From assembly GCA_963773975.1 (NCBI GenBank), contig CAVZDJ010000011.1:13223-77222 (forward strand): 64,000 bases of DNA, read 5' to 3'. The DNA comes from an uncultured delta proteobacterium (GTDB lineage: Bacteria; Desulfobacterota; Binatia; Binatales; Binataceae). Positions 27,798 to 37,690 of this stretch are shown piece after piece. Under the pieces are notes generated by a model. The model saw only the letters and a program-made list of their open reading frames with translations. It ran no database searches and had not been told where the DNA came from. A program made the translations under genes and the position numbers. Within the stretch, counting starts at the first letter, position 1. The number at the start of each line of letters is the position of its first letter.

Positions 27798-28334
27798 ATG
27801 GAACGAGTTGAACTCACCCGCGAATGTGAGGCGGTCCAGGTGCCGCTCGGCAGTCCGATCACGCTGGAGAAGGGCCTCGAGGTTTTCATCACCCAGTCCC
27901 TCGGCGGCAGCTTCACCGTGCAGGTGCCAGCCTACGGCGGACTGTACCGCATCAGCGGCAAGGACGCCGAGGCGCTGGGCAAGAAATCCGAAGACGCCGC
28001 TTCGCCGGCCGCCGCCTCGGGCGACCTCGAAGCGATGGTCTGGGAGCAGCTCAAGACCTGCTACGACCCCGAGATTCCGGTCAATATCGTCGACCTTGGA
28101 TTGGTCTACGCGATGGAAGTGGCGCCGACCGACGGGGGCGCCAAGCGGGTCGACGTCAAGATGACGCTGACCGCGCAGGGCTGCGGGATGGGAGCGTCGA
28201 TAGCGATCGACGCGCGCCAGAAACTGCTCTCGCTTCCCGGCGTCGCGGAGGCCAACGTCGACCTGGTGTGGGATCCGCCGTGGACGCCGCAGATGATCTC
28301 GCCCGAAGGCCGCGAGCGCCTGGGCCTCGACTGA
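27798..28334 (+). CDS. sufT: Fe-S assembly protein SufT-like (long form, DUF59/MIP18 domain)
   Basis: C-terminal DUF59 (VWEQLKTCYDPEIPVNIVDLGLVY...MTLTAQGCGMG...VDLVWDPPWTPQMIS) with an N-terminal domain of about 70 aa, as in long SufT. Confidence 0.75.
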   Translation: MERVELTRECEAVQVPLGSPITLEKGLEVFITQSLGGSFTVQVPAYGGLYRISGKDAEALGKKSEDAASPAAASGDLEAMVWEQLKTCYDPEIPVNIVDLGLVYAMEVAPTDGGAKRVDVKMTLTAQGCGMGASIAIDARQKLLSLPGVAEANVDLVWDPPWTPQMISPEGRERLGLD

Positions 28335-28407
28335 CACCGGCTATACCGCGCCGTATCTGACAAAACGCGGTACGCCAGGGGCTGCGTTTTGTTGACTCGG
28401 GCCATAT

Positions 28408-28436
28408 TTGACTTGGCGGCTCGCGTCCGGTAGCTA
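28408..28436 (+). promoter_or_regulatory. candidate sigma-70 promoter for rplU-rpmA
   Basis: TTGACT, a 17-nt spacer, then TAGCTA, about 20 nt upstream of the rplU start. Sequence match only. Confidence 0.35.
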
Positions 28437-28456
28437 AGAAGGTTCGGATCAAAGGC

Positions 28457-28777
28457 ATGTTTGCAATCGTAAGGACAGGCGGAAAACAGTACCGCGTAGG
28501 CGTCGGCGACCAGATAACCGTCGAGCGTATCGTGGGCGACGTCGGCGCCGAAATCGAACTGGCGGACGTGCTCGCGATCGGCGGCGGCGAAACGCCGGTG
28601 ATCGGCACACCGACCGTTCCCGACGCGGCAGTGCGCGCCCGAATCGTGCAGCAGCCGCGCGGCACCAAGGTCATCGTGTTCAAGAAGAAAAAGCGCAAGA
28701 ATTACCGGCGCAAGCGCGGCCATCGCCAGGAACTGACCGTGCTCAAGATCGAGGAGATTAGGCGGGGCGCGGCCTAG
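28457..28777 (+). CDS. rplU: 50S ribosomal protein L21
   Basis: [25 protein letters not shown]...[20 protein letters not shown]. Confidence 0.97.
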   Translation: MFAIVRTGGKQYRVGVGDQITVERIVGDVGAEIELADVLAIGGGETPVIGTPTVPDAAVRARIVQQPRGTKVIVFKKKKRKNYRRKRGHRQELTVLKIEEIRRGAA

Positions 28778-28839
28778 CGCTCGCATCAAGCTTTTTTCGC
28801 CGGCCCCTCGCGCCGGCACTATCACAGGGAGACAGGCTG

Positions 28840-29157
28840 GTGGCGCATAAGAAAGGACAAGGCTCGACGCGCAACGGCCGCGACAGTCCGGGACAGCACC
28901 GCGGCATCAAGATCTACGCCGGCGAGACCGTTCGCGCCGGCAATATTCTGGTCCGCCAGGTCGGCACGCGGGTTCATCCGGGACGCAACGTCGGTATGGG
29001 CCGCGATTTCACTCTTTACGCATTGGTCGACGGGGTGGTCAAATACGAAACCTACCGCACCGACAAGCGGCGCGTGCGGATCGAGCCGGCGGCGGCGCCT
29101 GCGAGCGAAGAGCGGCCCGAGGCGGCGAACGAGCCGCCGGCCGAAGCGCAAGCCTAG
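28840..29157 (+). CDS. rpmA: 50S ribosomal protein L27
   Basis: GTG start. [48 protein letters not shown]. Confidence 0.97.
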   Translation: MAHKKGQGSTRNGRDSPGQHRGIKIYAGETVRAGNILVRQVGTRVHPGRNVGMGRDFTLYALVDGVVKYETYRTDKRRVRIEPAAAPASEERPEAANEPPAEAQA

Positions 29158-29189
29158 GGCCGGCACGGCTTAGAATTTCGATTTCCAAG

Positions 29190-29225
29190 CCCCGCGGCCG
29201 CGCCGCGGGGCTTTTTGTTTGTTTT
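29190..29225 (+). terminator. rho-independent terminator after rpmA
   Basis: CCCCGCGG-CCGCG-CCGCGGGG hairpin followed by CTTTTTGTTTGTTTT. Confidence 0.8.
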
Positions 29226-29280
29226 GTGACGATGGTGCCGCCATTTCGCAATCGGCCGATAACTCTCGGAGGTACTCGCG

Positions 29281-30303
29281 ATGCGACTCGGACTGCTATA
29301 CGGCTTTTCCCATTCCCATGACTCGCTCGGCCTGGTGCTCGAAGCCGAACGGCTCGGCTACGACTCGGTGTGGACCGGTGAGGCCTGGGGTTCGGACACG
29401 ATCGTGCCGCTCGCGTGGATTGGCGCGCTGACCAAAAAGATCCGCCTCGGCACCGCGATCATGCAGATGCCCGCGCGCACGCCCGCGATGACGGCGATGA
29501 CCGCGATGACGCTGGACGCGATGTCGGGTGGACGTTTCATCCTCGGCGTCGGGCCGTCGGGGCCGCAGGTGGTCGAAGGATGGCACGGGGTGCCGTACGG
29601 CAAGCCGCTGATTCGCTATCGCGAGTATATCGCGATCCTGCGCAAAATTTTCGCGCGCGAGGCGCCGCTGGAATTTCAGGGCTCCGAATACCAGATACCG
29701 TATCGCGGCCCGGGCTCGACCGGCTTGGGCAAACCGCTGCGCCCGATCCTCCACGGCCGGCGCGACATGGAGATCTACATGGCGTCGATCACGCCGCGCG
29801 GGGTGGCGCTCGCGGCCGAAATCGCCGACGGCGTAATTCCGGTGTGGATGAACCCCGAGCAATGGGACCTGTTCAAGCCGAGCCTCGAGCGCGGCTTCAA
29901 CAAAGCCGGCGCCGCACGCAACCCGAACCAATTCGACCTCGCGCCGTTCGTGACCTGCGTGATGGGCCCCGACATCGCCAAATGCCGCGAACCGGTAAAG
30001 CAGAACCTGGCGTTCTATATCGGCGGGATGGGCGCGCGCGACAAGAATTTCTACAACGACTACGCACGGCGCGCCGGTTATGAAGAAGCGGCGAGGAAAA
30101 TCCAGGACCTGTTTCTTTCCGGCAAGCGCGACGAGGCCGTCGCCGCAGTGCCCGACAAGCTGGTAGACGAAGTCGCTCTGGTCGGACCACGCGAGCGGAT
30201 TGCCGAGCGCGTCGCGGCGTGGAAAGCCTCGCCGGTAAAAACGATGCTTATCGGGACGCGCCAGGTCGAGGCCATGCGCGCGCTGGCCGAGCTGCTCCTG
30301 TAG
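29281..30303 (+). CDS. LLM-class (luciferase-like) F420-type oxidoreductase
   Basis: [22 protein letters not shown]..., [20 protein letters not shown]. 340 aa. Confidence 0.9.
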   Translation: MRLGLLYGFSHSHDSLGLVLEAERLGYDSVWTGEAWGSDTIVPLAWIGALTKKIRLGTAIMQMPARTPAMTAMTAMTLDAMSGGRFILGVGPSGPQVVEGWHGVPYGKPLIRYREYIAILRKIFAREAPLEFQGSEYQIPYRGPGSTGLGKPLRPILHGRRDMEIYMASITPRGVALAAEIADGVIPVWMNPEQWDLFKPSLERGFNKAGAARNPNQFDLAPFVTCVMGPDIAKCREPVKQNLAFYIGGMGARDKNFYNDYARRAGYEEAARKIQDLFLSGKRDEAVAAVPDKLVDEVALVGPRERIAERVAAWKASPVKTMLIGTRQVEAMRALAELLL

Positions 30304-30334
30304 CCGTCGGGCGCGATCGCAGACACGTCGAGCG

Positions 30335-31349
30335 ATGAAATTCGTCGATGAAGCGCGGGTCTTCGTGGCCGCCGGCAAGGGCGGTGACGGCGCGATCGCG
30401 TTTTTGCGCGAGAAGTATCGCCCCTTCGGCGGACCGGCCGGCGGCGACGGCGGCCGCGGCGGCGACGTGATCTTCGAGGTCAACGAGGGACTCGCGACGC
30501 TGCTCGATTTCAAATACAACCCGCGCCTGGTCGCGCGCGACGGAGAGGCGGGCCGCGGCAAACAACAGTACGGCCATGCCGGCGGCGACCTCGTCGTGCG
30601 CGTGCCGCCGGGCACGATGGTCTTCGACGAGGACAGCGGCGAGATGCTTGCCGATCTCCGTGCTGCCGGGGGCGCGCGCGATCGTCGCGCACGGCGGGAT
30701 GGGCGGCAAGGGCAACATGCACTTCACCACCTCGACGCGCCGCGCGCCGCGAATCGCCACCCCGGGCGGGCCGGCCGAGCAGCGCTGGGTCAAAATCGAA
30801 CTTAGACTTGTCGCTGATGCCGGGTTGGTCGGCCTGCCCAACGCCGGCAAGTCGACGCTGCTCGCCGCCGTCAGCGCGGCGCATCCAAAGATCGCGCCCT
30901 ACCCTTTCACCACGCTCACGCCCAACCTGGGCCGCGTCCAGCTTGCCGACGGCACCGGCTTCAGCCTCGCCGACGTCCCCGGCCTTATCGAGGGCGCGCA
31001 TCTCGGCCACGGCCTGGGCATCCGCTTTTTGCGCCATCTCGCGCGCACGCGGGTGCTGGTCTACGTCCTCGACCTGAGCGCCGATCCCGAGCGCGACTTC
31101 CTGACCGTGCGCAGCGAACTCGCGGCGTTCGATCCGATGCTCTCCGCGCGGCCGGCGCTGATCGCGCTCAACAAGCTCGACCTCGTCGGCGCCGCGCGCG
31201 CGGGAGAGGCGGCGCGCGCGATTGCGTCGCTCGCGGCCGAGCACGCGATCGACTCGGTCTTCGTCGTCTCGGCCGAGCAGCGCATCGGACTCCAGCCGCT
31301 GCTCGCGGCGATCGCGCGATTGCTCGGCTCAGGCGCGATTGAGGCGTGA
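30335..31349 (+). CDS. obg: GTPase Obg/CgtA, reading frame interrupted by one extra G in a G5 run (30668-30672)
   Basis: N-terminal Obg fold in frame A (MKFVDEARVFVAAGKGGDGAIAFLREKY..GGDGGRGGDV..). The remainder is in frame B (ARAIVAHGGMGGKGNMHF...GLPNAGKSTLL...DVPGLIEGA...NKLD). Removing one G restores ...LADLRAAGARAIVAHGG... Confidence 0.9.
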
Positions 31350-32494
31350 TGTCGCAGGTGAGCTACAAGCAGGAGCACGTCGCGCACGCACGCCGGGTCG
31401 TGATCAAGGTGGGGAGCGCCGTGCTCTCGGACGCCGACGGTTTGCGTCCCGAGATTATCGCGCATCTCGCCGCCGAGATTGACGCGATCGTGCGCGCGGG
31501 ACGCGAAGTCATCGTGGTGACGTCGGGCGCGATCGCGGCCGGGCGCGCGCGGCTGGAAAAGCTCGGCGGCGCGGGCGTGGCGGCGCGCCAGGCGGCCGCG
31601 GCCACGGGACAGATCGAACTGATGGGCGAGTGGGCGCGCGCCTTCGGCGCCGTGGGCCGCACGGTCGCGCAACTCCTGCTCACCCATCAAGACCTCGCCG
31701 AGCGCGTGCGGCGCAGCAACGCGATTCATACCATCCAGACCCTGCTCGAAGCCGGCGTGCTGCCGATCGTCAACGAGAACGACACGGTCGCGGTCGAAGA
31801 GATCCGCATGGGCGACAACGACGTGCTCTCTTCGCTGGTGGCCGGGATGGCGCAGGCGCAACTGCTGGTGATCCTGAGCGACGTGCCGGGCGTGCTCACC
31901 GGCGACCCGCGCAAGCGGCCCGACGTGCAACTGATTCCGCTCATCACCGACCCCGAGGCCGGGATGCGCGGACTGGTGGCCGATAGCGCGGGGCCGCTCG
32001 GCAGCGGCGGGATGGCAACCAAGCTCAAGGCGGCGCAGCAGGCGGCGCGCGCCGGAATCGCGGTGATTATCGCGCCGGGCCGCGCCGAGAACGCGCTCGG
32101 CGCCGCGCTCGATCCGGCGCGCGAGTGCGGCACGCTGGTGCTGCCCACGCGGACCAGGCTCAAGAGCCGCAAACATTGGATCGCGTTCGCGCTGCGCCCG
32201 GCCGGCGCGCTGACCGTCGATCGCGGCGCCGCCGAGGCTCTCAGAAAAAAAGGCCGCAGCTTGCTGCCCTCGGGCATCCGCGAGGTCGCGGGCGAGTTCA
32301 AAAGCGGCGACTGCGTGAGCTTGCTCGATCACGAAGGCGTCGAGTTCGGACGCGGGCTGGTCAATTATCCCGCCGCCGATATACTGAAGGTGAAGGGCAG
32401 GCGCTCCAACGATATCTCGCGCATGCTCGGCTACAAGGTCGCCGACGAGATCATCCATCGCGACAACTTCGCACTGATCGAAGAACTGGCATGA
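31349..32494 (+). CDS. proB: glutamate 5-kinase with PUA domain
   Basis: RVVIKVGSAVLS..., VTSGAIAAG, NENDTV, GSGGMATKL. ATG overlaps the obg stop (TGATG). Confidence 0.95.
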   Translation: MSQVSYKQEHVAHARRVVIKVGSAVLSDADGLRPEIIAHLAAEIDAIVRAGREVIVVTSGAIAAGRARLEKLGGAGVAARQAAAATGQIELMGEWARAFGAVGRTVAQLLLTHQDLAERVRRSNAIHTIQTLLEAGVLPIVNENDTVAVEEIRMGDNDVLSSLVAGMAQAQLLVILSDVPGVLTGDPRKRPDVQLIPLITDPEAGMRGLVADSAGPLGSGGMATKLKAAQQAARAGIAVIIAPGRAENALGAALDPARECGTLVLPTRTRLKSRKHWIAFALRPAGALTVDRGAAEALRKKGRSLLPSGIREVAGEFKSGDCVSLLDHEGVEFGRGLVNYPAADILKVKGRRSNDISRMLGYKVADEIIHRDNFALIEELA

Positions 32495-32515
32495 ACGCTT
32501 GCACGAGTTGTTGAC

Positions 32516-33769
32516 GTGAGCCTCGAGACCGAAACGCTCGACGCGCTCAAGCGCGCGCGCGACGCCGCCCGCGCGCTGGCGCTATGTCCCAGCGCGCGCA
32601 AGAACCAGGCGCTCGGCGCGCTCGCCGCGATGCTGCGCGAGGAGCGCGGCGCGATCCTGGCCGCCAATGCCAAGGACCTCGAGCGCGCGCGCGCCCTGGG
32701 AATGGCCGGGGCGTTCGTCGAACGCCTCACGCTCAACGACGCGCGGATCGAGGCGATGGCGCGCGGCGTCGAGGAGGTCGCGGCCCTGCCCGACCCGGTC
32801 GGCGAAGTGATCGCCAGGTGGCAGCGGCCCAACGGGCTGGAGATTTCGCAGGTCCGCGTGCCGATCGGCGTGATCGCGATCATCTACGAATCGCGGCCCA
32901 ATGTCACCGTCGACGCCGGCGTGCTCGGGCTGAAGGCGGGCAACGCGGTGGTGCTGCGCGGCGGCAAAGAGGCGCTGGCCTCCAACGCGTTCCTGGCCGG
33001 GCTGATCGTGCGCGCGCTGGCAAGCGCCGGGATCGCGCGCGACGCGCTCAGCTTCGTCGGAAATCCCGATCGCGAGGTGATCCAGATCCTGAAGCGCCAT
33101 CCCGAAGCGATCGATCTGATCATTCCGCGCGGCGGCCAGGCGTTGAAGGAAGCGCTCGCGGGATCGGCCGTGCCACTGTTGCCGCATTTCGACGGGCTGT
33201 GCCATACCTACGTCGATCGTGCCGCCGATCTCAAAATGGCCGAGGAAATCTGCTTCAACGCCAAGTGCAGCCGGCCCTCAGTGTGCAACGCGATGGAAAC
33301 CCTGCTGGTGCATCGCGAGGCCGCGCCGCGTTTTCTGCCGCCGCTCGCCGCGCGGATGCAACGCGCGGGGGTCGAGTTGCGCGGCTGCGAGCGGACGCGC
33401 GCGATCGTTCCGAGCGTGAAGCCGGCTCGCGACGCCGACTGGGACACCGAGTTCCTCGACCTGATCCTGGCGGTGAAAGTCGTCGACTCGCTCGACGAGG
33501 CGCTGGCGCATATCGCGCGCCACGGCTCGGGCCTCGCCGATGCGATCGTGACCGGCGACAATGAGACCGCCGCGCGCTTTCAGCACGAAGTCGACTCCGC
33601 GACCGTGTACGTCAACGCGTCCACCCGCTTCACCGACGGCTTCGAGTTCGGTTTCGGCGCCGAGACTGGAATCTCCACCAATCGCCTGCACGCGCGCGGC
33701 CCGATGGGCCTGCGCGAGCTGACCATCTACAAGTACCTCGTCACCGGCAACGGACAGGTGCGCATTTGA
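32516..33769 (+). CDS. proA: gamma-glutamyl phosphate reductase
   Basis: GTG start. ...IYESRPNVTVDA..LRGGKEA...CNAMETLLVH...HGSGLADAIVT...YVNASTRFTDG. Confidence 0.95.
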   Translation: MSLETETLDALKRARDAARALALCPSARKNQALGALAAMLREERGAILAANAKDLERARALGMAGAFVERLTLNDARIEAMARGVEEVAALPDPVGEVIARWQRPNGLEISQVRVPIGVIAIIYESRPNVTVDAGVLGLKAGNAVVLRGGKEALASNAFLAGLIVRALASAGIARDALSFVGNPDREVIQILKRHPEAIDLIIPRGGQALKEALAGSAVPLLPHFDGLCHTYVDRAADLKMAEEICFNAKCSRPSVCNAMETLLVHREAAPRFLPPLAARMQRAGVELRGCERTRAIVPSVKPARDADWDTEFLDLILAVKVVDSLDEALAHIARHGSGLADAIVTGDNETAARFQHEVDSATVYVNASTRFTDGFEFGFGAETGISTNRLHARGPMGLRELTIYKYLVTGNGQVRI

Positions 33770-33866
33770 AGACCGGGCGAAGCGCGAGGGTACAGAGCGT
33801 CGCCACCGCATCCGCCCCACCTGCCGCGCTAGCGCGCGGCACATTTGAATTGGACGGCAGCTCATC

Positions 33867-34505
33867 ATGCGCGTAGGACTGCTGGGCGGGAGTTTCAATC
33901 CGATCCACTTCGGCCATCTGCGTTCGGCCGAAGAGGTGCGCGAGGCGCTCAGCCTCGATCTCGTTTATTTCGTGCCGGCGGCGATGCCGCCGCACAAATC
34001 GGCCGAAGGACTCGCGCCGCCCGAGCATCGGCTGGCGATGGTGCGGCTGGCGACCAAGGGCAACCGCCACTTCATGGTCTCGGACGTCGAGATTCGGCGC
34101 GCCGGGCGCTCTTACACGATCGACACCGTGCGCCATTTTCTGGCCACGCTGCGCGCGCCCTCGACGCTGTTCCTGATGATGGGCTCCGACGCCTTTGCCG
34201 AGCTGGACACCTGGAAGGATTGCGAGGAACTGGTGCGCCTGAGTTCGATAGCGGTACATACCCGCCAGCCGGCGGGCGACAATGAGGCCCCGCGCATCTC
34301 GCTTGCCGCGCTTAAACGCTTTGGTTACATTAGGAGTGACGATCATTACGTGCATCCCAGCGGCCAGACACTTTCATTCGTAGCCACCACGATCTTCCCG
34401 GTTTCCGCCACGCTCATTCGTGAAAAGCTTCAACGCCAACGCTCCGTCCGCTATCTGATGCCGGGCGACGTGGTCGACTATATCCAGCGCCACGGGCTGT
34501 ACTGA
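33867..34505 (+). CDS. nadD: nicotinate-nucleotide adenylyltransferase
   Basis: MRVGLLGGSFNPIHFGHL...PPHK...ISATLIR. Confidence 0.95.
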   Translation: MRVGLLGGSFNPIHFGHLRSAEEVREALSLDLVYFVPAAMPPHKSAEGLAPPEHRLAMVRLATKGNRHFMVSDVEIRRAGRSYTIDTVRHFLATLRAPSTLFLMMGSDAFAELDTWKDCEELVRLSSIAVHTRQPAGDNEAPRISLAALKRFGYIRSDDHYVHPSGQTLSFVATTIFPVSATLIREKLQRQRSVRYLMPGDVVDYIQRHGLY

Positions 34506-34547
34506 CGCGCCAGTGATTTTCAAAGCACTATCCGACAAAGTGATTTT

Positions 34548-34988
34548 ATGTTCCGTGTCTGCCGCCGCCCGGCGGCTCCGTCCTTCCCCGCGCCTCGCGT
34601 GAATTCGCAAGAGAAGGCCATAGCCGCGGCGCAGGCGGCGCTCGAGAAAAAGGCGTACGACCTGGTCGTCCTCCAGGTCGAGCATCTAAGCTCGATCGCG
34701 GATTACTTTCTGATCGCAACCGGCCGCTCCGACGTGCAGGTGCGCGCGATTGCGCGCGGGATCGAGGAACGGATGGATCTCGAGGGCGAGCACGCGCTGT
34801 CGATCGAGGGCACCGGCCACGGCCATTGGGCGGTGCTCGACTTCAACGACGTCGTGGTGCACGTCTTCTTCGAGGACACGCGCGAATTCTACCGCCTCGA
34901 GCGCAACTGGCTCGACGCAACCGAAGTTCCGCTGCCCGAGCCGTATCGCAGCCAGGCGCGCGATCTGCGGCTGCGCGCGCTCGGCTGA
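34548..34988 (+). CDS. rsfS: ribosome silencing factor RsfS (iojap family)
   Basis: LEKKAYDLVVLQVEHLSSIADYFLIATGRSDVQVRAIA..., WAVLDFNDVVVHVF. The true start may be an internal GTG near 34599. Confidence 0.9.
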   Translation: MFRVCRRPAAPSFPAPRVNSQEKAIAAAQAALEKKAYDLVVLQVEHLSSIADYFLIATGRSDVQVRAIARGIEERMDLEGEHALSIEGTGHGHWAVLDFNDVVVHVFFEDTREFYRLERNWLDATEVPLPEPYRSQARDLRLRALG

Positions 34989-35000
34989 ACTCCCCCCGCC

Positions 35001-35819
35001 TTACGCGGCGGCGGCGCGATGCTCGAGTAAAAACGCCAGCAGCGCGGCGTTGAACTCTGGCGGCCGTTCGATGTTGGGCAGGTGGCCCGCGTTTTTGATG
35101 ATCGTCAGCCGCGCCCCGGCAATCCGCTCGGCCATCGAGCGCGCCAGCGACGGCGGCGTGAGCAGGTCTTCCTCGCCCACAATCACGTGCGCCGGAACGC
35201 GAATCTTCTCGAGTTCGATCTGCACGTCCGGCCTGGCAGCGCCCTGGAGAGTCTTGATGTAGGACTGCCTGTGCAACGCGCACATGCTGTCGATAAAACG
35301 CTGAAACACCGCCGGCGGCGCGGACTTGCTGATTAGCGATTGCGCGACCCCGGGCGCGATCTCTTTCAGCTCTTTGCCCGCGAGCAGCGGCTCCAGCCGC
35401 AGACGGACGAACTCGCGGCTCTGCTCGGGGCTGATATGGCTGAAGCCGGGCAGCGAATCGCAAATCGTCAGGGTCGCCACGCGCTCGGGAAAGAGCGCAT
35501 TGAAGTCCATCGCGATAAGCCCGCCCATCGAGAGCCCGACCAGATGCGCCTTGCGCGCGCCGAAATGGTCGAGCACGCGCTTGAGGTCGCGGGCGAAGTC
35601 ATGAAAGTCGAGCGGCCCCTCGTAATCGTCGCTCATTCCGTAGCCGCGCGCGTCCCACGACGCGGCGTGGAAATGGCGGCCCAACTCGGGAAGCTGGTCG
35701 TGCCAGTTGGTGCGATTGCCGCCGATTCCGTGCATGCAGATGACCAGCTTGCCCTCGCCCATGTGATCGACGGCGATCCTGGGTGCGGGCGGTACGAGTT
35801 CAGTTTTCCACTGCGCCAT
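35001..35819 (-). CDS. alpha/beta hydrolase
   Basis: Start ATG 35819 (MAQWKTEL...). MHGIGGNRTNW, nucleophile elbow GLSMGG, C-terminal NAGHLPNIE. The 599-aa track ORF is an upstream over-extension. Confidence 0.85.
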   Translation of the reverse strand: MAQWKTELVPPAPRIAVDHMGEGKLVICMHGIGGNRTNWHDQLPELGRHFHAASWDARGYGMSDDYEGPLDFHDFARDLKRVLDHFGARKAHLVGLSMGGLIAMDFNALFPERVATLTICDSLPGFSHISPEQSREFVRLRLEPLLAGKELKEIAPGVAQSLISKSAPPAVFQRFIDSMCALHRQSYIKTLQGAARPDVQIELEKIRVPAHVIVGEEDLLTPPSLARSMAERIAGARLTIIKNAGHLPNIERPPEFNAALLAFLLEHRAAAA

Positions 35820-35975
35820 TTGCAGTCGGCTCCTTTTGCGTGCGGTTGTGAATGCGGCGACGTCCAGCGTGCCCGACACGCGCCGATTGTGCGGCGTCCG
35901 CGCAAAATCTGCAAGAACTTTGCAAGGCGCACGTGCGGCTGTTATCGGGACGCCGCCGGCGCTAACATCCGCATC

Positions 35976-36836
35976 ATGGACCAGCGACGAGGCTCGGGAG
36001 CTATATCGCCGCTCGAAGCCGGAGCGGCGATGAGCGACGCCGCGCAGCCGGGCGAAAGGGCGCCGCAGTCCGCATCCGCGCAGTTCCACCGCAACCCACA
36101 GGCGTTCGCGCGGATGTCGGCGCTGATGTCCTCCAGCGCCGATGCGAAATTTCTTCATTACATGGTCTCGATCTCGGGCGTCGCACGCCAGGACTGCGTG
36201 CTCGATGTCGCCTGCGGCCCGGGCGCATGCACGCTCGCGTTTGCCGACCGATGCCGCCGGGCGGTCGGCCTCGATCCCTCCGCCGAGTTGATCGCCGAGG
36301 CGCGGGCGGCGGCGGTGCGCCGCGGCGCCGGTAACGCCGCATTTATCGTGGGCGAAGTCGAGCGGATGGGTTTTCGCGACCGCGCTTTCGACGCGGCCGT
36401 CTGCCGTTTCTCGTTCCATCACTTCACCGATCCCGCGCGGGTGTTCGCCGAGATGGCGCGAGTGGTCGGGCCGCGGGGATGGATGGTGGTGACCGACGTG
36501 ACGGCTTCGGAGGATCCGGCCAAGGCCGCACTGCATAACCACCTGGAGCGGCTCTGCGATCCGACGCACGTGCGGACGCTCGCGGCCTCGGAGTTCGAGC
36601 GGATTTTCGCCGCCGAGGGTTTCACCGTTGCGATGAAAATCGCACGCCAGTCGCTCAGCACGGTCGAGGAGTGGACGAGTTGGGGATCGGCGCCGGCGGA
36701 AAATATTCCGGTCATCCGCGCGATACTCGAAGAGGCGGTTGACGACGACCGCCCGGGCCTCGCGCTCCAGCGCGACGCCGGCACTATCCGGCTGATGCAT
36801 ACCAGCGTAAGTTTCGTCCTTGAACGCAGCGCATGA
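35976..36836 (+). CDS. class I SAM-dependent methyltransferase (Methyltransf_11-like), paralogue 1
   Basis: VLDVACGPGACTLAFA, FDAAVCRFSFHHF, MVVTDV...HLERLCDPTHVR. The start is uncertain (35976 or 36030). Confidence 0.85.
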   Translation: MDQRRGSGAISPLEAGAAMSDAAQPGERAPQSASAQFHRNPQAFARMSALMSSSADAKFLHYMVSISGVARQDCVLDVACGPGACTLAFADRCRRAVGLDPSAELIAEARAAAVRRGAGNAAFIVGEVERMGFRDRAFDAAVCRFSFHHFTDPARVFAEMARVVGPRGWMVVTDVTASEDPAKAALHNHLERLCDPTHVRTLAASEFERIFAAEGFTVAMKIARQSLSTVEEWTSWGSAPAENIPVIRAILEEAVDDDRPGLALQRDAGTIRLMHTSVSFVLERSA

Positions 36837-37651
36837 GAAAGCATCCGATGAAAGCTCAATCAGACAATCCGGATCAGCCCGACAATCTGGCCGCGGTGCA
36901 GCGGCAGTTCCGCCGCCAATCCGAGGCTTACTCGACGATGAAGGTCGTCACCGACCCGCGCATCCTCGACAACATGGTGGAGATTTCGGAAGTGCGGGCG
37001 GACTCGCGCGTGCTCGACGTCGCCTGCGGACCGGGCTTTGTCGCGATGGCGTTCGCGCCCAAATGCCAAAGCGTGCTCGGGATCGACGCGACCGACACGC
37101 TGGTGGCGCGCGCCCGCGCCGAGACCACGCGCCGCGGAATCTCCAACGTCGCCTTTACGCTCGGCAACGTCGAGCGGATGCCGTTTCGGACCGGCGAGTT
37201 CGACCTTGCCACCTGCCGCTTCGCGTTCCATCATTTCGCTCATCCGCGCGAGGTCCTCGCCGAGATGGCGCGCGTGCTCAAGCCGGGCGCGCGGATGGTG
37301 ATCGTCGACCAGACCACCTCCGAGGACCCGGCAAAGTCGGACTATCACAATCGCGTCGAGCGGCTGTGCGATCCTTCGCATGCGCGCGCGATCCCGGTCT
37401 CGGAGTGGGAGCGGATGATCGCCGAGGCGGGGTTGGAAGTTGCCTATCGCGGCGGGCGCGAGACCAGTTACGACCTGGAATCGTGGATGGCGCATGGCGG
37501 GCCGCCGCCCGAGCGCCGCGTGCAGATCATCGAGATGATGGAAGCGTCGCTCGCGGCCGATCGCTCCGGGCTCAAAGTGCGCCGCCAGGACGGGCAGATC
37601 TGGTTCAGCCACACGGGCGTGACCTACGCGCTGGACAAGCCGATGCGCTAG
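36833..37651 (+). CDS. class I SAM-dependent methyltransferase, paralogue 2
   Basis: VLDVACGPGFVAMAFA, FDLATCRFAFHHF, MVIVDQ...RVERLCDPSHAR. Collinear with paralogue 1, and its start overlaps the stop of paralogue 1 (ATGA). Confidence 0.85.
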   Translation: MRKHPMKAQSDNPDQPDNLAAVQRQFRRQSEAYSTMKVVTDPRILDNMVEISEVRADSRVLDVACGPGFVAMAFAPKCQSVLGIDATDTLVARARAETTRRGISNVAFTLGNVERMPFRTGEFDLATCRFAFHHFAHPREVLAEMARVLKPGARMVIVDQTTSEDPAKSDYHNRVERLCDPSHARAIPVSEWERMIAEAGLEVAYRGGRETSYDLESWMAHGGPPPERRVQIIEMMEASLAADRSGLKVRRQDGQIWFSHTGVTYALDKPMR

Positions 37652-37690
37652 CGGCCGGGAGGCGTTGGCTACACCCGGCCAGGCGCTGGC

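Noticed and set aside
30576-30805. Programmed ribosomal frameshift in obg
   Set aside because: I recognised no slippery heptamer or stimulatory structure. A single extra G in a homopolymer is explained more simply as a sequencing error or a simple mutation.
31061-32458. 465-aa minus-strand ORF
   Set aside because: Antisense shadow of obg/proB, both of which have unambiguous motifs on the plus strand.
35820-36800. N-terminal 327 aa of the 599-aa minus ORF (35001-36800)
   Set aside because: Only the part from MAQWK (35819) resembles an alpha/beta hydrolase. The upstream part is antisense to the methyltransferase gene.
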